The translations under genes and the position numbers were made by a program. From Cyanophora paradoxa CCMP329 (taxonomy: Eukaryota; Plantae; Glaucophyta), in NCBI GenBank assembly GCA_004431415.1, contig QPMI01000451.1, positions 62,001 through 126,000 of the forward strand: a stretch of DNA of 64,000 bases. Direction: 5' to 3'. Position 1 is the first letter of the stretch, and the number at the start of each line of letters is the position of its first letter. Under the pieces are notes generated by a model. The model was given only the letters and a program-made list of their open reading frames with translations. It had not been told where the DNA came from and ran no database searches. Of this stretch, positions 13,218 to 26,170 are shown one piece after another.

Positions 13218-15220
13218 TGGAGGCGTCGTTCTCCACCGCGCCCGTCATCTTAGAAGCGGGGAAAACATCGCATTGGTGCGGCAAAGAAGCTACGTGGCGC
13301 TGCCATGCACAGGTGCAGCTCTCAAAAACATTAGGGCGGGGGTTGCGCGCCGCCCACCCAGACGCTCACGTGCGTCGCCCAACAACAGAACAGAGCGCCC
13401 AACAACAATATATCAGCTGCGCGCGCGCAAGCTCGGCGGTCTACGCGCGCAGCTTTCTTCGGTCATCAGCGCCCAGCCCTGCGCATCTGCACCGGCGGGG
13501 CATCTATCCCGCGCCTTCATTGTCAGCGGCTGCAGGCGGCATTGTGCGCACCCCCCGCAAGTGATTGCTGCCAGGCTGACCCTCGCAGCGAGACCGGAAG
13601 ACAAATTGCGCCCTGCGGGTCCCGAACGCGCCAGCTGGAAAGCCTTCACCGCGCTATCGAGTACCAGGCGGTTCAAATAACTAACTCCCTCAGCGTGCGT
13701 TCGTTTCCTCGCGCTCGGTTGGGATGCTAAGCGGCTTCGTGCGCAGGCGCTGGAGCACGCGCTGCACGCCTTTGCCGTTGCGGAGGACGTGGATGTGATG
13801 GTCCGCGACGCGCCCGGCCGTCCGCCGCGGTAGCACCTTTGACCGTCGACAGGCGGCGGCCTCGCGCCAAGTTCTGTCGATTGCGGGGCATCATAGCCAC
13901 AGGCGGAGCGTCGCGCGGCTGCGAGAGCTGCGGGCCGAGGCGGAGGATGTGGCCCGGGGCGCCGCAGAGGAGGAGCGCGAGCGAGCTCAGGCGCTCCTCT
14001 CCCGCATCTCCGAGCTGATCGAGTCCGGTCCGTTGCCTGCGCCACCAAGCCTTCCCGCGCTGAGGAGCCCGCAGGGAGGAAGGAGAGCGGCGCGGGGGCC
14101 GGGGCGGAGCGGTTGAAGCGGCGGATAGAGTGGCGGCTGCAGCAGCTGCAACGCGGGGGCGCGCTCGGCACTCTCAGCAGGGCCTTCGGCCCTGGACCGG
14201 CGATAGCGCCGCTGCCGTCCCCGGACCCGTATGCGGACAGGTACGAGCTGGGGCGGACGGCAGAGCTGCCGGAGGAGTACCTCGCCGCCCGCCGCGCCAC
14301 CGACCCCGAGCCGGTGCGCGCGCCCCTGCCCCACCCCCCGCCCCGCCCTCACCCTCCGCCCCAGCGCTCGCCAGGGCAGCAGGGGCGGCAGCTGCTGCCG
14401 CTGCACGCGCTTCCAGCACGCGCTGCCGCGTTCTTCACGGCGGACTCTTACGGGAAGATGGGGCTCCTCGCGCGAGCTCATGCGGTATCCCGTCGCGCCA
14501 CCCCCTCCCTGCATACATAGCACAGCTCATGCGTGGCTTTTTGGCTCAGGTGCGCGAGCGGCTCGAGGGCGCACGGGCTCTTGCGACCCTCGCCGCCGCC
14601 CTCCTCGCCGCCGCCGCGGCTGTAGCAGCCCGCGCCATCTCCTACTATCTCGCGTGCGCACCCCCTCATGGATCCACCCGCCTCTCACACATCATGGACG
14701 CGTTATCATATAGTATATGTGTTCCTTCGCTGTAGTGCCGCTCGGCCGCGCCCCCCGCGCCCCTCCGCCGCGCGCTGCCTCGACCGACGTCGACGCGCGC
14801 GGCAGGGACGCGCTGCGGCGGGACGCGCTCTTCCTCGCGCGGGGCGGGGCGGTGGGGCCGGTGGGCCCGCTGCTGCTGCGAGCGGCCCTGCAGGCCGTGC
14901 TCGCGTCGCCCCTGCTGCGCCCCGCGGTGGCCCTCTTCGTCGCCTGGGAGGGCGAGGGGCCGCTGCGCGCCGGCCTCGGCCCCGCACGCGCCAACGCCGC
15001 CCGCGTGCGCGAGGCGAGCGCCGACACGGTCGAGCTGCTGCCGAGCGGCCGCGTGCTGCGCGCCCTGCTGGACGCCGCCGCCGCCGCCGCCGCCTTCGCC
15101 CGCGCCCGCTGGGGCGCCCTCGTGCGGCGGCCTCCGCCCGGCACGCAGGAGCGCGAGGAGCGCGAGCTGGGTGGGGGCGACCCCTCCGCATCCGACGGCA
15201 GCGAGCCCCGCGGCCACTGA
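13218..15220 (+). CDS. Hypothetical multi-exon protein; structure uncertain, possibly disrupted
   Basis: Coding-like segments (ALEHALHAFAVAEDVDVM; ERLKRRIEWRLQQL; DALRRDALFLARGG...EPRGH*) separated by short introns ending in CAG; no recognisable family. Confidence 0.4.
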
Positions 15221-18200
15221 TCATCATGGCATGACCTGAGTGCTTAAGCTTTGATTTTGATTTGGCCGATTTGGCCGAAGAGCTCTGTAGTCGGGCCTTT
15301 GATCGATATCACGAGCTAGGGCTCTGCAGTTGATCATGATCATCCGATCATGTGCATGCCTCCGGGATCCTCGTCTTTCAAGCCTCCGAGGCTCTAGATC
15401 TCTTGATAGCTCCTTTTTCAAAATATCTAGTGATTTATAGCCGCTGAGCGGTTCCGTAGTACAGTCTTAATTATAAGCTTCTTGGTATTTTCTTGGTGTC
15501 GTCTCGATGTTTCGGCGCTTCCGCTGCATAAAATATTTCAAGTTTTGGCGAGACACGCGATGTCGCCTGTAGAGTCCGACGGTCACTCACTGAGTCCATG
15601 CTACATAGTAGATTAACCCATGTTCCCCTTGGAAGAAAATTCCGTTTAGTACTACGGCAGACTCAAACTGCCAGCATTGAGAGCGGTGCGAACAGTCAAA
15701 GTCACTGACTGGACTGTGCTCCATGGGTGGTCCAGCCTGGGCTGCCAACAGTCGTGCCAGCATGTTTGGTAAGTGGGGAACTTGTGAATCGCAGGCCAGT
15801 GGTTGAGTTGTCGCTCTCATTGGTATACTCAATTCGATATGCACTTGAAGGCTGCCAGTGCTGCCTTGACTCACTGTGGTCACTGAGACAGGCTCCACAT
15901 GAGAAGGAAAAGTCACTGAGTGATGTATGACTCTGTGACTTCTTAAAAAAAGTAGCGGCAGCCGCTGCCCTTGCCAGTGAGCTTGGAAGTATGAAGTGGG
16001 AAGATCTGCCACAGAGTGGAGTTTTGTGGCTGAAATTGGGTATCCGGCAGTTCTGTCAATGGAAAGTCCCTTTAGTGCTGTGGTGCACTTGATTGCTCAG
16101 TGCCGATTCAGAACCAGTTCGATTCTTGGCAAACAATAAATAATACATTAAACATCTTGGCATGTACAACAAAAAGAAAAGCATATGTTCCACAATGTAC
16201 AAACAACAAAACAAGACAAAAAACAAAAAAACACAACACTAACACAACGTTCACACATTCACAACAAACAAAACAGAAACTTGCCAAATTGAAATTGAAG
16301 AGATTGTACTTGCATTGTTTGTTTAACATCTAGATCAGTGGCATCTAGATCTTTACATTGATCATGATGCATGCATTATTGGGGAAGGGTAAAACACTTC
16401 CCCTGTCCCTGTCCCTTGGGTCCAACCCTACCCCAAATCCCATTTCCCCGACCTCCGCAAAACCGGGGCCGCGCGGTACACCCTGAAAGCGCATCCCCAG
16501 GGGACCCCGAAACCATGTCTCCCGGTCCCGTCCGACCAAAGGGTGATCCAGGAACAGGCACCAACACCCGGGACAAAAATGGGTCCAGCGACGCACAGGG
16601 AGCAGATATACGGGCCAGACCAGTTCGAGGTCGTTGCGCGCATCATGTTCGACATTCCGTACTGCGAGAGCGAGGCCGGGCGCGAACGCGGTCGCGTGGG
16701 AGGACGCCGCGCGCGCTAGCCAATCACATTGGAGAGTGCGAACTTACCCTGAGAAAACCTCTTAAAGTACCCCCCGGCCGCTTTCTCCCCCGGGCGCCGC
16801 AGCTCGGCTCGGCTCAACAATGGTTACGCCTCTCGCCCGCGCGGCAGCTTGCTGTGGCTCAGCGGCTAGCCGCGCCAGCCGCGCACGCTTCACCCGCGCC
16901 AACCGCGCCCCGACGCAATTGCACAAGCCGGCCGCAAGCCGGCCGCACTTGGCGGGCTATGCCACTTCCAACAAGCCGATGCCAGCGCGGCGCGCGTGCT
17001 GCGCGACGCAGAGCCCCCGCGCGCGCGCGATGCGCATGCCTGCTGCGCATGCAGCCGGCGCCGCTGATCATGAGCTGGCCCGCTGCGCCGCTTTTTGAGC
17101 GGAACGTGAGCTTGAGCAGCGTCCCCGTGCCCGCGCCCAGATCGCGCGGAGGCCGAGGCGCCGGCCAGCCCCTAGCTATGTAGCCACGCCGTGACGCACG
17201 TGCACCCGCAGCACATGCGCACTCGTGCACCCGCCACGCCTCCGCGCGCGACGGCCACGGGGCATGCGCAGCCTGGCAGCTGCAGGAGCTGGAGCACGTC
17301 CATGGCCAGACAAGGTTCCCTCCCCCTTCTCAAGGCCCGCGCCTTACATAGCTAGAGCTAGCTCGCTAGGCCCCGATCATGAGGCCTACCTCTAAGAGGA
17401 CAGCTCGCCTCGATCGCGAGGACAGCTGCAGCCGCTGAGCTCGCCTGGCATGGCCAGCCTCAGCCGGAGCCGGCCCAGCGGCTCGCCCGGCCACCGTGCG
17501 CGCGCCTTCTTAAGCTTAATTAAGCGCTAGTTTAAGTCCCTGCAGCTGCCCTCTGCATGCGCGCATCTAGATCTTGGATTCGCCGAGGTTAAATGCCCTT
17601 CCCCGGACCCAACTGACGCGCGCGGCAAGTCAGTGGCCCTTTTATTCATCATGGCATCATTGCATGCATAAAATATTGTTGCGTGTTACATGCATGAAAT
17701 AAAATGATCAATGATTGACTTGTTCATGATCAATTCTTCTACAACCTTGCCAGGTTGTTTTTGCCAAGTTGCCAATTGAAGTGTTCAATTCTTAAGCTTC
17801 TTGCAATTGTTCATGATCAGTGCCGCAATGTGTTGCCAGGCTAGATAGCTGGCAAGGTGGTGTATTGGGGGTACAGGCAGACTGAGGTACAGGGGTACAA
17901 AGCTACAGGGACTTCGACAGTATATCACTGATGCAATACATGTTAACGTTCAAGCTTCTTGCCCACTTTCCTGCTAAGGATTGCCCTTGCTTTGCCAGCC
18001 ATGGCCAGTATTTAACACCAAAACTCGATGTTCGATGACAGATCTAGAACATAAATGATCAAAACTTTGAAATACGTATACATTGCATGTGCTTCTTTTG
18101 TATTGTTTTGTGATCACTTCATTGTTTCTGGATCTGTTCTGAAATGCTCTCTTCTTCAGTGCTTCAGCTTCATTTTCGTTCTTTGTAATACGATTGATCA

Positions 18201-19779
18201 TGAACCACAAGAGATTCATGTGTGCAATTTCAAACTTCTTGCAATTGTTCAGTGCTTTAGCTCTTCTTCTCATCTTCCTGGCTAAAGCTATAGCTATAGC
18301 TAAGAATATCAAATCGCCCTTTAATTTCTTTGCCAGCCAAGAATTAAACACCAATTGCAAAGCACTGTGTTTCATGACAAACCATAAATGATGAAGCCTC
18401 GCTTTGGACTACATTGCATCTCGTGCATTGTTTCCAGATTACATGATCAGTGTTTAATTTCTACATCTTCCATGCACTCACATCTGTGTTCTTTATGTTC
18501 AGTGCTTCAGCTTCTTCTGTTCTGTCTTTACAACTTTAGTACTTCATTCTCATTCTTTGTTCAATTAATAAGTAGTAGTAGTAGAAGTAGTACGTAGAAG
18601 AAGAAGAATAGACCACAAGAAATCAAAGACTCCTAAATAACACTGGTATCAGGGACACAAGAGCGCATTCTGCTAGAAAGATAATTGCATAACTCGGTTG
18701 GGGAGTGTGTGTTGTGCTATGGCGGGGCGAGGGGGGGAGCGCGCTACGCGCCAGCTGGCATAATTAAAGAGGCCCTTACATAGAGCAGTTCGCAAGTGGT
18801 GGCGTCTAGCGCCGTTACCATCAATTTTCGACCACTGCGGGCGCGGGATTCGCGGCGCGGGATCGGCAAGACAGCTACACGAGTGCTAGGGAATCGGCGC
18901 GCATAGGTCCTTTTTGCTAGCGGATCCGCGCTGCGCGCCCGCGCGCCAAGGTCCCGCGCGCCCGCTTGCGGAGGGGGGGGACAGCGATTCCGTCATGCAG
19001 TCCGCGCTGCTAGCGCTCTGGTCGCGTTATGCATGCGCGGTACAGCGCAACGATTGCGCTGTGTACCGCTTCGGGTCCTCCGCGCTGCCGCCGCCGCGCC
19101 AGCGCCGGTTTTGGGGCTGCCCAAAACCGGGGGGGACAGCGTTACGAGGCACCAGCTCCAGCCACACATCGCCCGGTGTGCGAAACGCTCGAGCGCGTCG
19201 CACTCCCCAGGCGCCGCCGCTATATCTGGCGCCTCCATCTGGCCCCACTCGCCGCCGCAGTACACGGCGACTACGCGCCGCACATCGCGGCACATGTACA
19301 GCTACTGTTATAGGTCCGTGGCTCACTTTGCATCGTGCTCGGTTCGCTCACCGCGGGCGATCCGGCGCGGCGCATCTGGCGGTTCGTCGCCCTCGCGCCG
19401 CCGCCGCATGTCAACGCGATCCCGTGCGCGCTCCATCACGAGCCGAAAAGCCGGCGCTGAGGTCTGCACACGCCCGCGCCGCCCCCTGCGCCGAGCGCCG
19501 ACCGCGGCCTGCCCGCGCTCATTTGCGCAGGGCGATCTCCGTTACCGCGCGTGCTCTGGGGGCACCTCGCCGTCGACGCATGGGACTCAATGGCTGCTGG
19601 CGTCTTGCGCAGTCAGAGCCAGGATCGCCGACGAGCTGCAGCATGCCGCCCCCATGCCCTGCGCGCGCGCGCTTCGCCACAACCACGTATCCGCGGTGCG
19701 CGGGCCAGCCGCCTTTGCCCGCTCTTTGATATTCAATCGGAGGGTCTTTTTGAGCGTGGCGTCAGCCACGCTGGACGCT

Positions 19780-21730
19780 GCTCGCGCAGGGATCCCGCCC
19801 CCCGCCGCCCCGCCAACCACGTACCCCGGTACGAGGCCCGGCCCGCGCCCCCGGCCCTGGCTCTGCCCGCCGGGGCTCCAGTGCCGCGCCCGGTGGGCCG
19901 CCGAATCGCTTGGGAGGCGGCGCTGAACGCTGCTCCCGCAGGGCCCCCGCCCCCCGCCTCCCCGCCCCCCCGCCAACCACGTACCCCGGTACGAGGCCCG
20001 GCCCGCGCCCCCGGCCCTGGATCTGCCGGGCGGGGCCCTAGTACCGCGCCCAGACGGCCGCCAAATCGCTTGGGAGACGGCGCTGAACGCTGCTTCCGCA
20101 GAGCCCCCGCCCCCCGCCTCCCCGCCCCCCCGCCAACCACGTACCCCGGTGCGAGGCCCGGCCCGCGCCCCCGGCCCTGGCTCTGCCGGGCGGGGCCCTA
20201 GTATCGCGCCCAGACGGCCGCCGAATCGCTTGGGAGGCGACGCTGAACGCTGCTCCCGCAGAGCCCCCGCCCCACACCCCGGCTCTCCGTCGCCCCGCCA
20301 ACCACGTACCCCGGTATGAGGCCCGGCCCCCGCCCCCGGCCCTGGTTCTGCCGGGCGGGGCTCTAGTGCCGCGCCCGGTGGGCCGCCGAATCGCTTGGGA
20401 GGCGGCGCTGAACGCGGTTTCCGCAGGGACCCCGCCCCCCGCCCCCCGCCCCCCCGCCAACCACGTACCCCGGTGCGAGGCCCGGCCCGCGCCCCCGGCC
20501 CTGGCTCTGCCGGGCGGGGCCCTAGTATCGCGCCCAGACGGCCGCCAAATCGCTTGGGAGGCGGCGCTGAACGCGGTTTCCGCAGGGACCCCGCCCCCCG
20601 CCTCCCCGCCCCCCCGCCAACCACGTACCCCGGTATGAGGCCCGGCCCGCGCCCCCGGCCCTGGCTCTGCCGGGCGGGGCCCTAGTGCCGCGCCCGGTGG
20701 GCCGCCGAATCGCTTGGGAGGCGACGCTGAACGCTGCTCCCGCAGGGCCCCCGCCCCACACCCCGGCTCTCCGTCGCCCCGCCAACCACGTACCCCGGTA
20801 TGAGGCCCGGCCCCCGCCCCCGGCCCTGGTTCTGCCGGGCGGGGCTCTAGTGCCGCGCCCGGTGGGCCGCCGAATCGCTTGGGAGGCGGCGCTGAACGCT
20901 GCTCCCGCAGAGCCCCCGCCCCCCGCCTCCCCGCCCCCCCGCCAACCACGTACCCCGGTGCGAGGCCCGGCCCGCGCCCCCGGCCCTGGCTCTGCCGGGC
21001 GGGGCCCTAGTATCGCGCCCAGACGGCCGCCGAATCGCTTGGGAGGCGACGCTGAACGCTGCTCCCGTAGGGCCCCCGCCCCACACCCTGGCTCTCCGTC
21101 GCCCCGCCAACCACGTACCCCGGTATGAGGCCCGGCCCCCGCCCCCGGCCCTGGCTCTGCCGGGCGGGGCTCTAGTGCCGCGCCCGGTGGGCCGCCGAAT
21201 CGCTTGGGAGGCGGCGCTGAACGCGGTTTCCGCAGGGACCCCGCCCCCCGCCCCCCGCCCCCCCGCCAACCACGTACCCCGGTATGAGGCCCGGCCCCCG
21301 CCCCCGGCCCTGGTTCTGCCGGGCGGGGCTCTAGTGCCGCGCCCGGTGGGCCGCCGAATCGCTTGGGAGGCGGCGCTGAACGCGGTTTCCGCAGGGACCC
21401 CGCCCCCCGCCCCCCGCCCCCCCGCCAACCACGTACCCCGGTGCGAGGCCCGGCCCCCGCCCCCGGCCCTGGCTCTGCCCGCCGGGGCTCTAGTGCCGCG
21501 CCCGGAGGGCCGCCGAATCGCTTGGGAGGCGGCGCTGAACGCTGCTCCCGCAGAGCCCCCGCCCCCCGCCTCCCCGCCCCCCCGCCAACCACGTACCCCG
21601 GTACGAGGCCCGGCCCCCGCCCCCGGCCCTGGCTCTGCCGGGCGGGGCCCTAGTACCGCGCCCGGAGGGCTGCCGAATGGCTTGGGAGGCGGCGCTGAAC
21701 GCGGTTTCCGCAGGGACCCCGCCCCCCGCC
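19780..21730 (+). repeat. ~160-bp GC-rich tandem repeat, ~12 copies (left arm)
   Basis: CCAACCACGTACCCCGGT recurs at 19813, 19973, 20133, 20298, 20457, 20617, 20782, 20942, 21107, 21266, 21425 and 21585. Confidence 0.95.
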
Positions 21731-22829
21731 CAGGTTTGGGCGCCCCCAAAACCGGGGGCTGACGCTGTGACGGGCGCGCGGAGCGCATGCAGCGGCCTTT
21801 CATAGCCATCGTGGCACTGCGTGGCAGCGGCCTGCAGCGGCCTTTCATAGCCATTAGTCGAGAACTTCGGAAGCGTGGCACTGCGACATGTTTATTGAGG
21901 TTTTAATTTGTACCAAGCTCTCGATTTATTGCAAGGGGGGGTACCCCTCCCTTGCTCCCCTGGTGAATTGGTGCGGCGCACTTTCTGTGTTAGCAATTTT
22001 TGTAAGATGAGATTCTTTGCATGCGCTCTCGTATAGGTGGGATCGCATCGTAGCCGCTGCGAGCGGCGGAAAAAAATGCAAGGGCGGGGCTGCGCAAACA
22101 TGTCGAAGCCGCTCCTCACCTGCTATTGCTATATGCGCCGGACCACGTGCTCCTGAATGCTCTCAATGCGCTCTACAAACTCTGTCATACATGCCTGGGC
22201 TCGAGAAGCGGCGCGTGGCGCGCTAGGCCGCCTCAAGTACCTGTTGTACCGGGCGCCGGAAAAAAGTGCTCCTGAGAGTTTCGGCCAATCGCGTTACAGT
22301 ACCCGGACTTCGTTCTGCGTAGGCGGAGCGGCGTGCCGAGCTCGAGGCGGATCGGAGCGGCGACGGAGCGGCGGAGCGGCGCGCCCGCAACGTCGCGTTC
22401 CGGTGCGCTTCCGGCTGCGGCCTCGGCGGCGACACCAGCACCGTGCGGGCACAGCCGCGGATGCGCTCCTGGTGGCGAATGCGGGCACAGCCGCTCCTGG
22501 TGGCGGAGAGCGCCGCGAGAGTGCAGGAAGAAGGCGCCTGAGACGCCGCGACGCCGGCTGTGTGCGCGCCCGCGGCCGCGGCGTTTTGCCAACGCTCTCG
22601 GTTTCTGACGGACTCCGATTCGTGATCAAGCAGACTCCAGCTCGATGTTGTCAAGCCCTTCAAGCGCAGTTCAAGCACGGGGCGGGTCGCCACTTGCACG
22701 CCTCGGCCCCACGTATGCGTGGCTTGAACCGCGGCCGGCGTTCCGTAGCAGAGTGTGGCGGCCGCGGCGTCGCAGCATTCGCAGCTGCTCCTAGTACGTC
22801 GCGCCGGGCTAGGCCCCGCCCCTGCGCCG

Positions 22830-23520
22830 CGGCTGTCCGGGGCGAGCTGACGCCTCGGCCCTGCGCAGGCTATGCGCAGGGCCCGGCGCCACCTGCCCCT
22901 CCGCCCGCTTCCTCGCCCGCCGCCTCGCCGGCTGCTTCAGCGTCGTCGACTCCAGGTTCGCCCCGCCGCTGCTGCCGCGCACCTGGCCCGGCCGCCCCCG
23001 CTGGGCCCCGCCCCCGCACGGCCGCTGTCCGGGGCGAGCTGACGCCTCAGCTCTGCGTATGTGCAGGCTATGCGCAGGGCCCGGCGCCACCTGCCCCTCC
23101 GCCCGCTTCCCCGCCCGCCGCCTCGCCGGCTGCTTCAGCGTCGTCGACTCCAGGTTCGCCCCGCCGCTGCTGCCGCGCACCTGGCCCGGCCGCCCCCGCT
23201 GGGCCCCGCCCCCGCACGGCCGCTGTCCGGGGCGAGCTGATGCCTCAGCTCTGCGTATGTGCAGGCTATGCGCAGGGCACGGCGCCACCTGCCCCTCCGC
23301 CCGCTTCCCCGCCCGCCGCCTCGCCGGCTGCTTCAGCGTCGTCGACTCCAGGTTCGCCCCGCCGCTGCTGCCGCGCACCTGGCCCGGCCGCCCCCGCTGG
23401 GCCCCGCCCCCGCACGGCCGCTGTCCGGGGCGAGCTGATGCCTCAGCTCTGCGTATGTGCAGGCTATGCGCAGGGCACGGCGCCACCTGCCCCTCCGCCC
23501 GCTTCCCCGCCCGCCGCCGC
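22830..23520 (+). repeat. 198-bp tandem repeat, ~3.5 copies, with an intron+exon-like unit
   Basis: GCTGTCCGGGGCGAGCTGA at 22832, 23024, 23222 and 23420; 66-aa periodicity in the ORF track; each unit has a CTGAC/CTGAT...GCAG acceptor-like motif. Confidence 0.95.
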
Positions 23521-23546
23521 CTTCGCCTGCCTGCCTGCCTGGTGCC

Positions 23547-23553
23547 GCCCCCC

Positions 23554-23584
<31 letters not shown>

Positions 23585-23595
23585 ACACACACACC
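23547..23595 (+). repeat. Poly-C followed by (AC)n microsatellite
   Basis: Directly visible. Confidence 0.95.
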
Positions 23596-24096
23596 CTAAG
23601 TACCCTGCAATGTGTACCAGTACCCCCCCTTGCACCTCCGCGCGCGGCCCGCACTTGCCGATCTTGCACAGGGCCGGGCGCGGTCTGCTAGTATTCACAG
23701 CCCCCGGTGGGCACTCGTGCAGTACTAGTTTGTTGACATACTATGATACTTGCAAGGATGGCTATGTATTGCAAGGATGAGTGCAAGCTTACTTGTCGGA
23801 TATCGATGTCGACATACTTGCAAGCTTAAGGGGCCCGCGGCCGGGCCTGGCCATGGGGTTCGGCGCGGGCTTTAGATCTTGATCATGATCTGATGATCGA
23901 TATCTTGTAATATTCAATGATTGATTGATCTTGAACTGCCGCAGTGCGTGATAAATAAGCTTTAAGGCTTCAAACTTCAACGCTTCAACGCTGCGCTCAG
24001 CGGCTGATTTTTTGTATCATGATCATTTACTCATGATCATGATCATGATCACTCACTGAACATGAAACGCCTGCCGTTCAACGGTTGATCCCTCAA

Positions 24097-24365
24097 TGCC
24101 GCCTATTGCCGCGACTCAGTGACTTGCCGCGAGTTCTGAGTTGCCGCGAGTTGCCGCGATAAATCGCGGATAATCGGATTGCCGCGATTTCTCGCGGAAA
24201 CCGCGAGTTGCCGCGGGATGCCGCGGGATGCCGCGGGATGCCGCGGAATGCCGCGGGATGCCGCGGAATGCCGCGGAATGCCGCGGAATGCCGCGAGTTG
24301 CCGCGAGATGCCGCGAAGAGCCGCGAATCATTCGATTGGCGCGAGATGCCGCAAAATACCGCGGC
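24097..24365 (+). repeat. 10-bp minisatellite TGCCGCG(GGA/GAA/AGT)
   Basis: About 10 consecutive 10-bp units at 24209-24310, with degenerate flanking units. Confidence 0.9.
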
Positions 24366-25039
24366 GATATTAAGCAATTGCAATGCCGGGCCGGAAATAC
24401 CCAAATAGCGCATGATATTGTATTAATTATATAACATTGAATAATTTCATCATGATCATGATGATAATCATTGAATCGGACTCTCCGGGATATCCATCAT
24501 CGGATCAATCACTTGAATGGTCAGACTCTGAGAACTAGTGCCGCAGTGCACGTGTGCTTGATCATGATGTAAACTTGAATTCGAAACAGCTGAAGCCTTG
24601 AAGTGAGCTTCATGATCGATATCAGGCTTGAAGATCTGAAAACATGTACAGCTAATCATGAGCTGTCATGATCAGCCGCTGAGCTGGGCAGCAGTATACG
24701 TACAGCTGTACAGGCGCTGGCCATGGCTGTACAGCCTGGCAGCTCTTTCACTGATCATGATCATGATCATGACTCGTGAAGATCACGTCACGGCGTGTAC
24801 CTAGGAATTATTAACTCGCCGACTCGGCGAGTCGATAGCCCCGGGGCCCGCGCATGCCAGGCCCTACTGACATTTAAGACGTGCGGGCCCTGGATCATCG
24901 ATATTGGTTACTTCGACGGCGAGCTCGAGATTCAATTTACCGACCGTAGTGCTAGCGCGACCGTCGGACCACTACAATTCATGTTCTCACACGCACACGT
25001 GCAGCGTCAGCCCCGGTTTTGGGGGCGCCCAAACCAGGG

Positions 25040-26170
25040 CGGGGGGCGGGGTCCCTGCGGAAACCGCGTTCAGCGCCGCCTCCCGAGCCATTCCGCAGCC
25101 CTACGGGCGCGATATAAGGGCCCCGCCAGGCAGCGCCAGGGCCGGGGGCGGGGGCCGGGCCTCGTACCGGGGTACGTGGTTGGCGGGGCGACGGAGAGCC
25201 GGGGTGTGGGGCGGGGTCCCTGCGGGAGCAGCGTTCAGCGCCGCCTCCCAAGCGATTCGGCGGCCCACCGGGCGCGGCACTAGAGCCCCGCCCGGCAGAG
25301 CCAGGGCCGGGGCGCGGGCCGGGCCTCATACCGGGGTACGTGGTTGGCGGGGGCGGGAGGCGGGGGCGGGGCCCTGCGGAAGCAGCGTTAGCGCCGTCTC
25401 CCAAGCGATTTGGCGGCCGTCTGGGCGCGATACTAGGGCCCCGCCCGGCAGAGCCAGGGCCGGGGCGCGGCCGGGCCTCGCACCGGGTACGTGGTTGGCG
25501 GGGGGCGGGGGCGGGGGCGGGGTCCCTGCGGAAACCGCGTTCAGCGCCGCCTCCCAAGCGATTCGGCGGCCCACCGGGCGCGGCACTAGAGCCCCGCCGG
25601 CAGAACCAGGGCCGGGGCGGGGCCGGGCCTCATACCGGGGTACGTGGTTGGCGGGGCGACGGAGAGCCGGGGTGTGGGGCGGGGGCTCTGCGGGAGCAGC
25701 GTTCAGCGCCGCCTCCCAAGCGATTCGGCGGCCGTCTGGGCGCGATACTAGGGCCCCGCCCGGCAGAGCCAGGGCCGGGGGCGCGGGCCGGGCCTCGCAC
25801 CGGGGTACGTGGTTGGCGGGGGGGCGGGGAGGCGGGGGGCGGGGGCTCTGCGGAAGCAGCGTTCAGCGCCGTCTCCCAAGCGATTTGGCGGCCGTCTGGG
25901 CGCGGTACTAGGGCCCCGCCCGGCAGAGCCAGGGCCGGGGGCGGGGGCCGGGCCTCGTACCGGGGTACGTGGTTGGCGGGGGGCGGGAGGCGGGGGCGGG
26001 GCCCTGCGGGAGCAGCGTTCAGCGCCGCCTCCCAAGCGATTCGGCGGCCCACCGGGCGCGGCACTGGAGCCCGGCGGGCAGAGCCAGGGCCGGGGCGCGG
26101 GCCGGGCCTCGTACCGGGTACGTGGTTGGCGGGGCGGCGGGGGGCGGGATCCCTGCGCGAGCAGCGTCCA
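25040..26170 (-). repeat. ~160-bp tandem repeat, ~7 copies (right arm, inverted)
   Basis: GTACGTGGTTGGC recurs seven times; reverse complement of the 19780-21730 unit. Confidence 0.95.

Larger units (their letters stand above)
21934..23630. mobile_element. Nested ~1.7-kb short-TIR element carrying gene-like fragments
   Basis: 11-bp TIR AGGGGGGGTAC / GTACCCCCCCT, flanked by TGCA at 21930-21933 and 23631-23634. Confidence 0.55.

Noticed and set aside
15587-16012. Chromodomain-like ending (LIYYVAW) in a minus-strand ORF
   Set aside because: Too short, and terminates in a stop; insufficient for a call.
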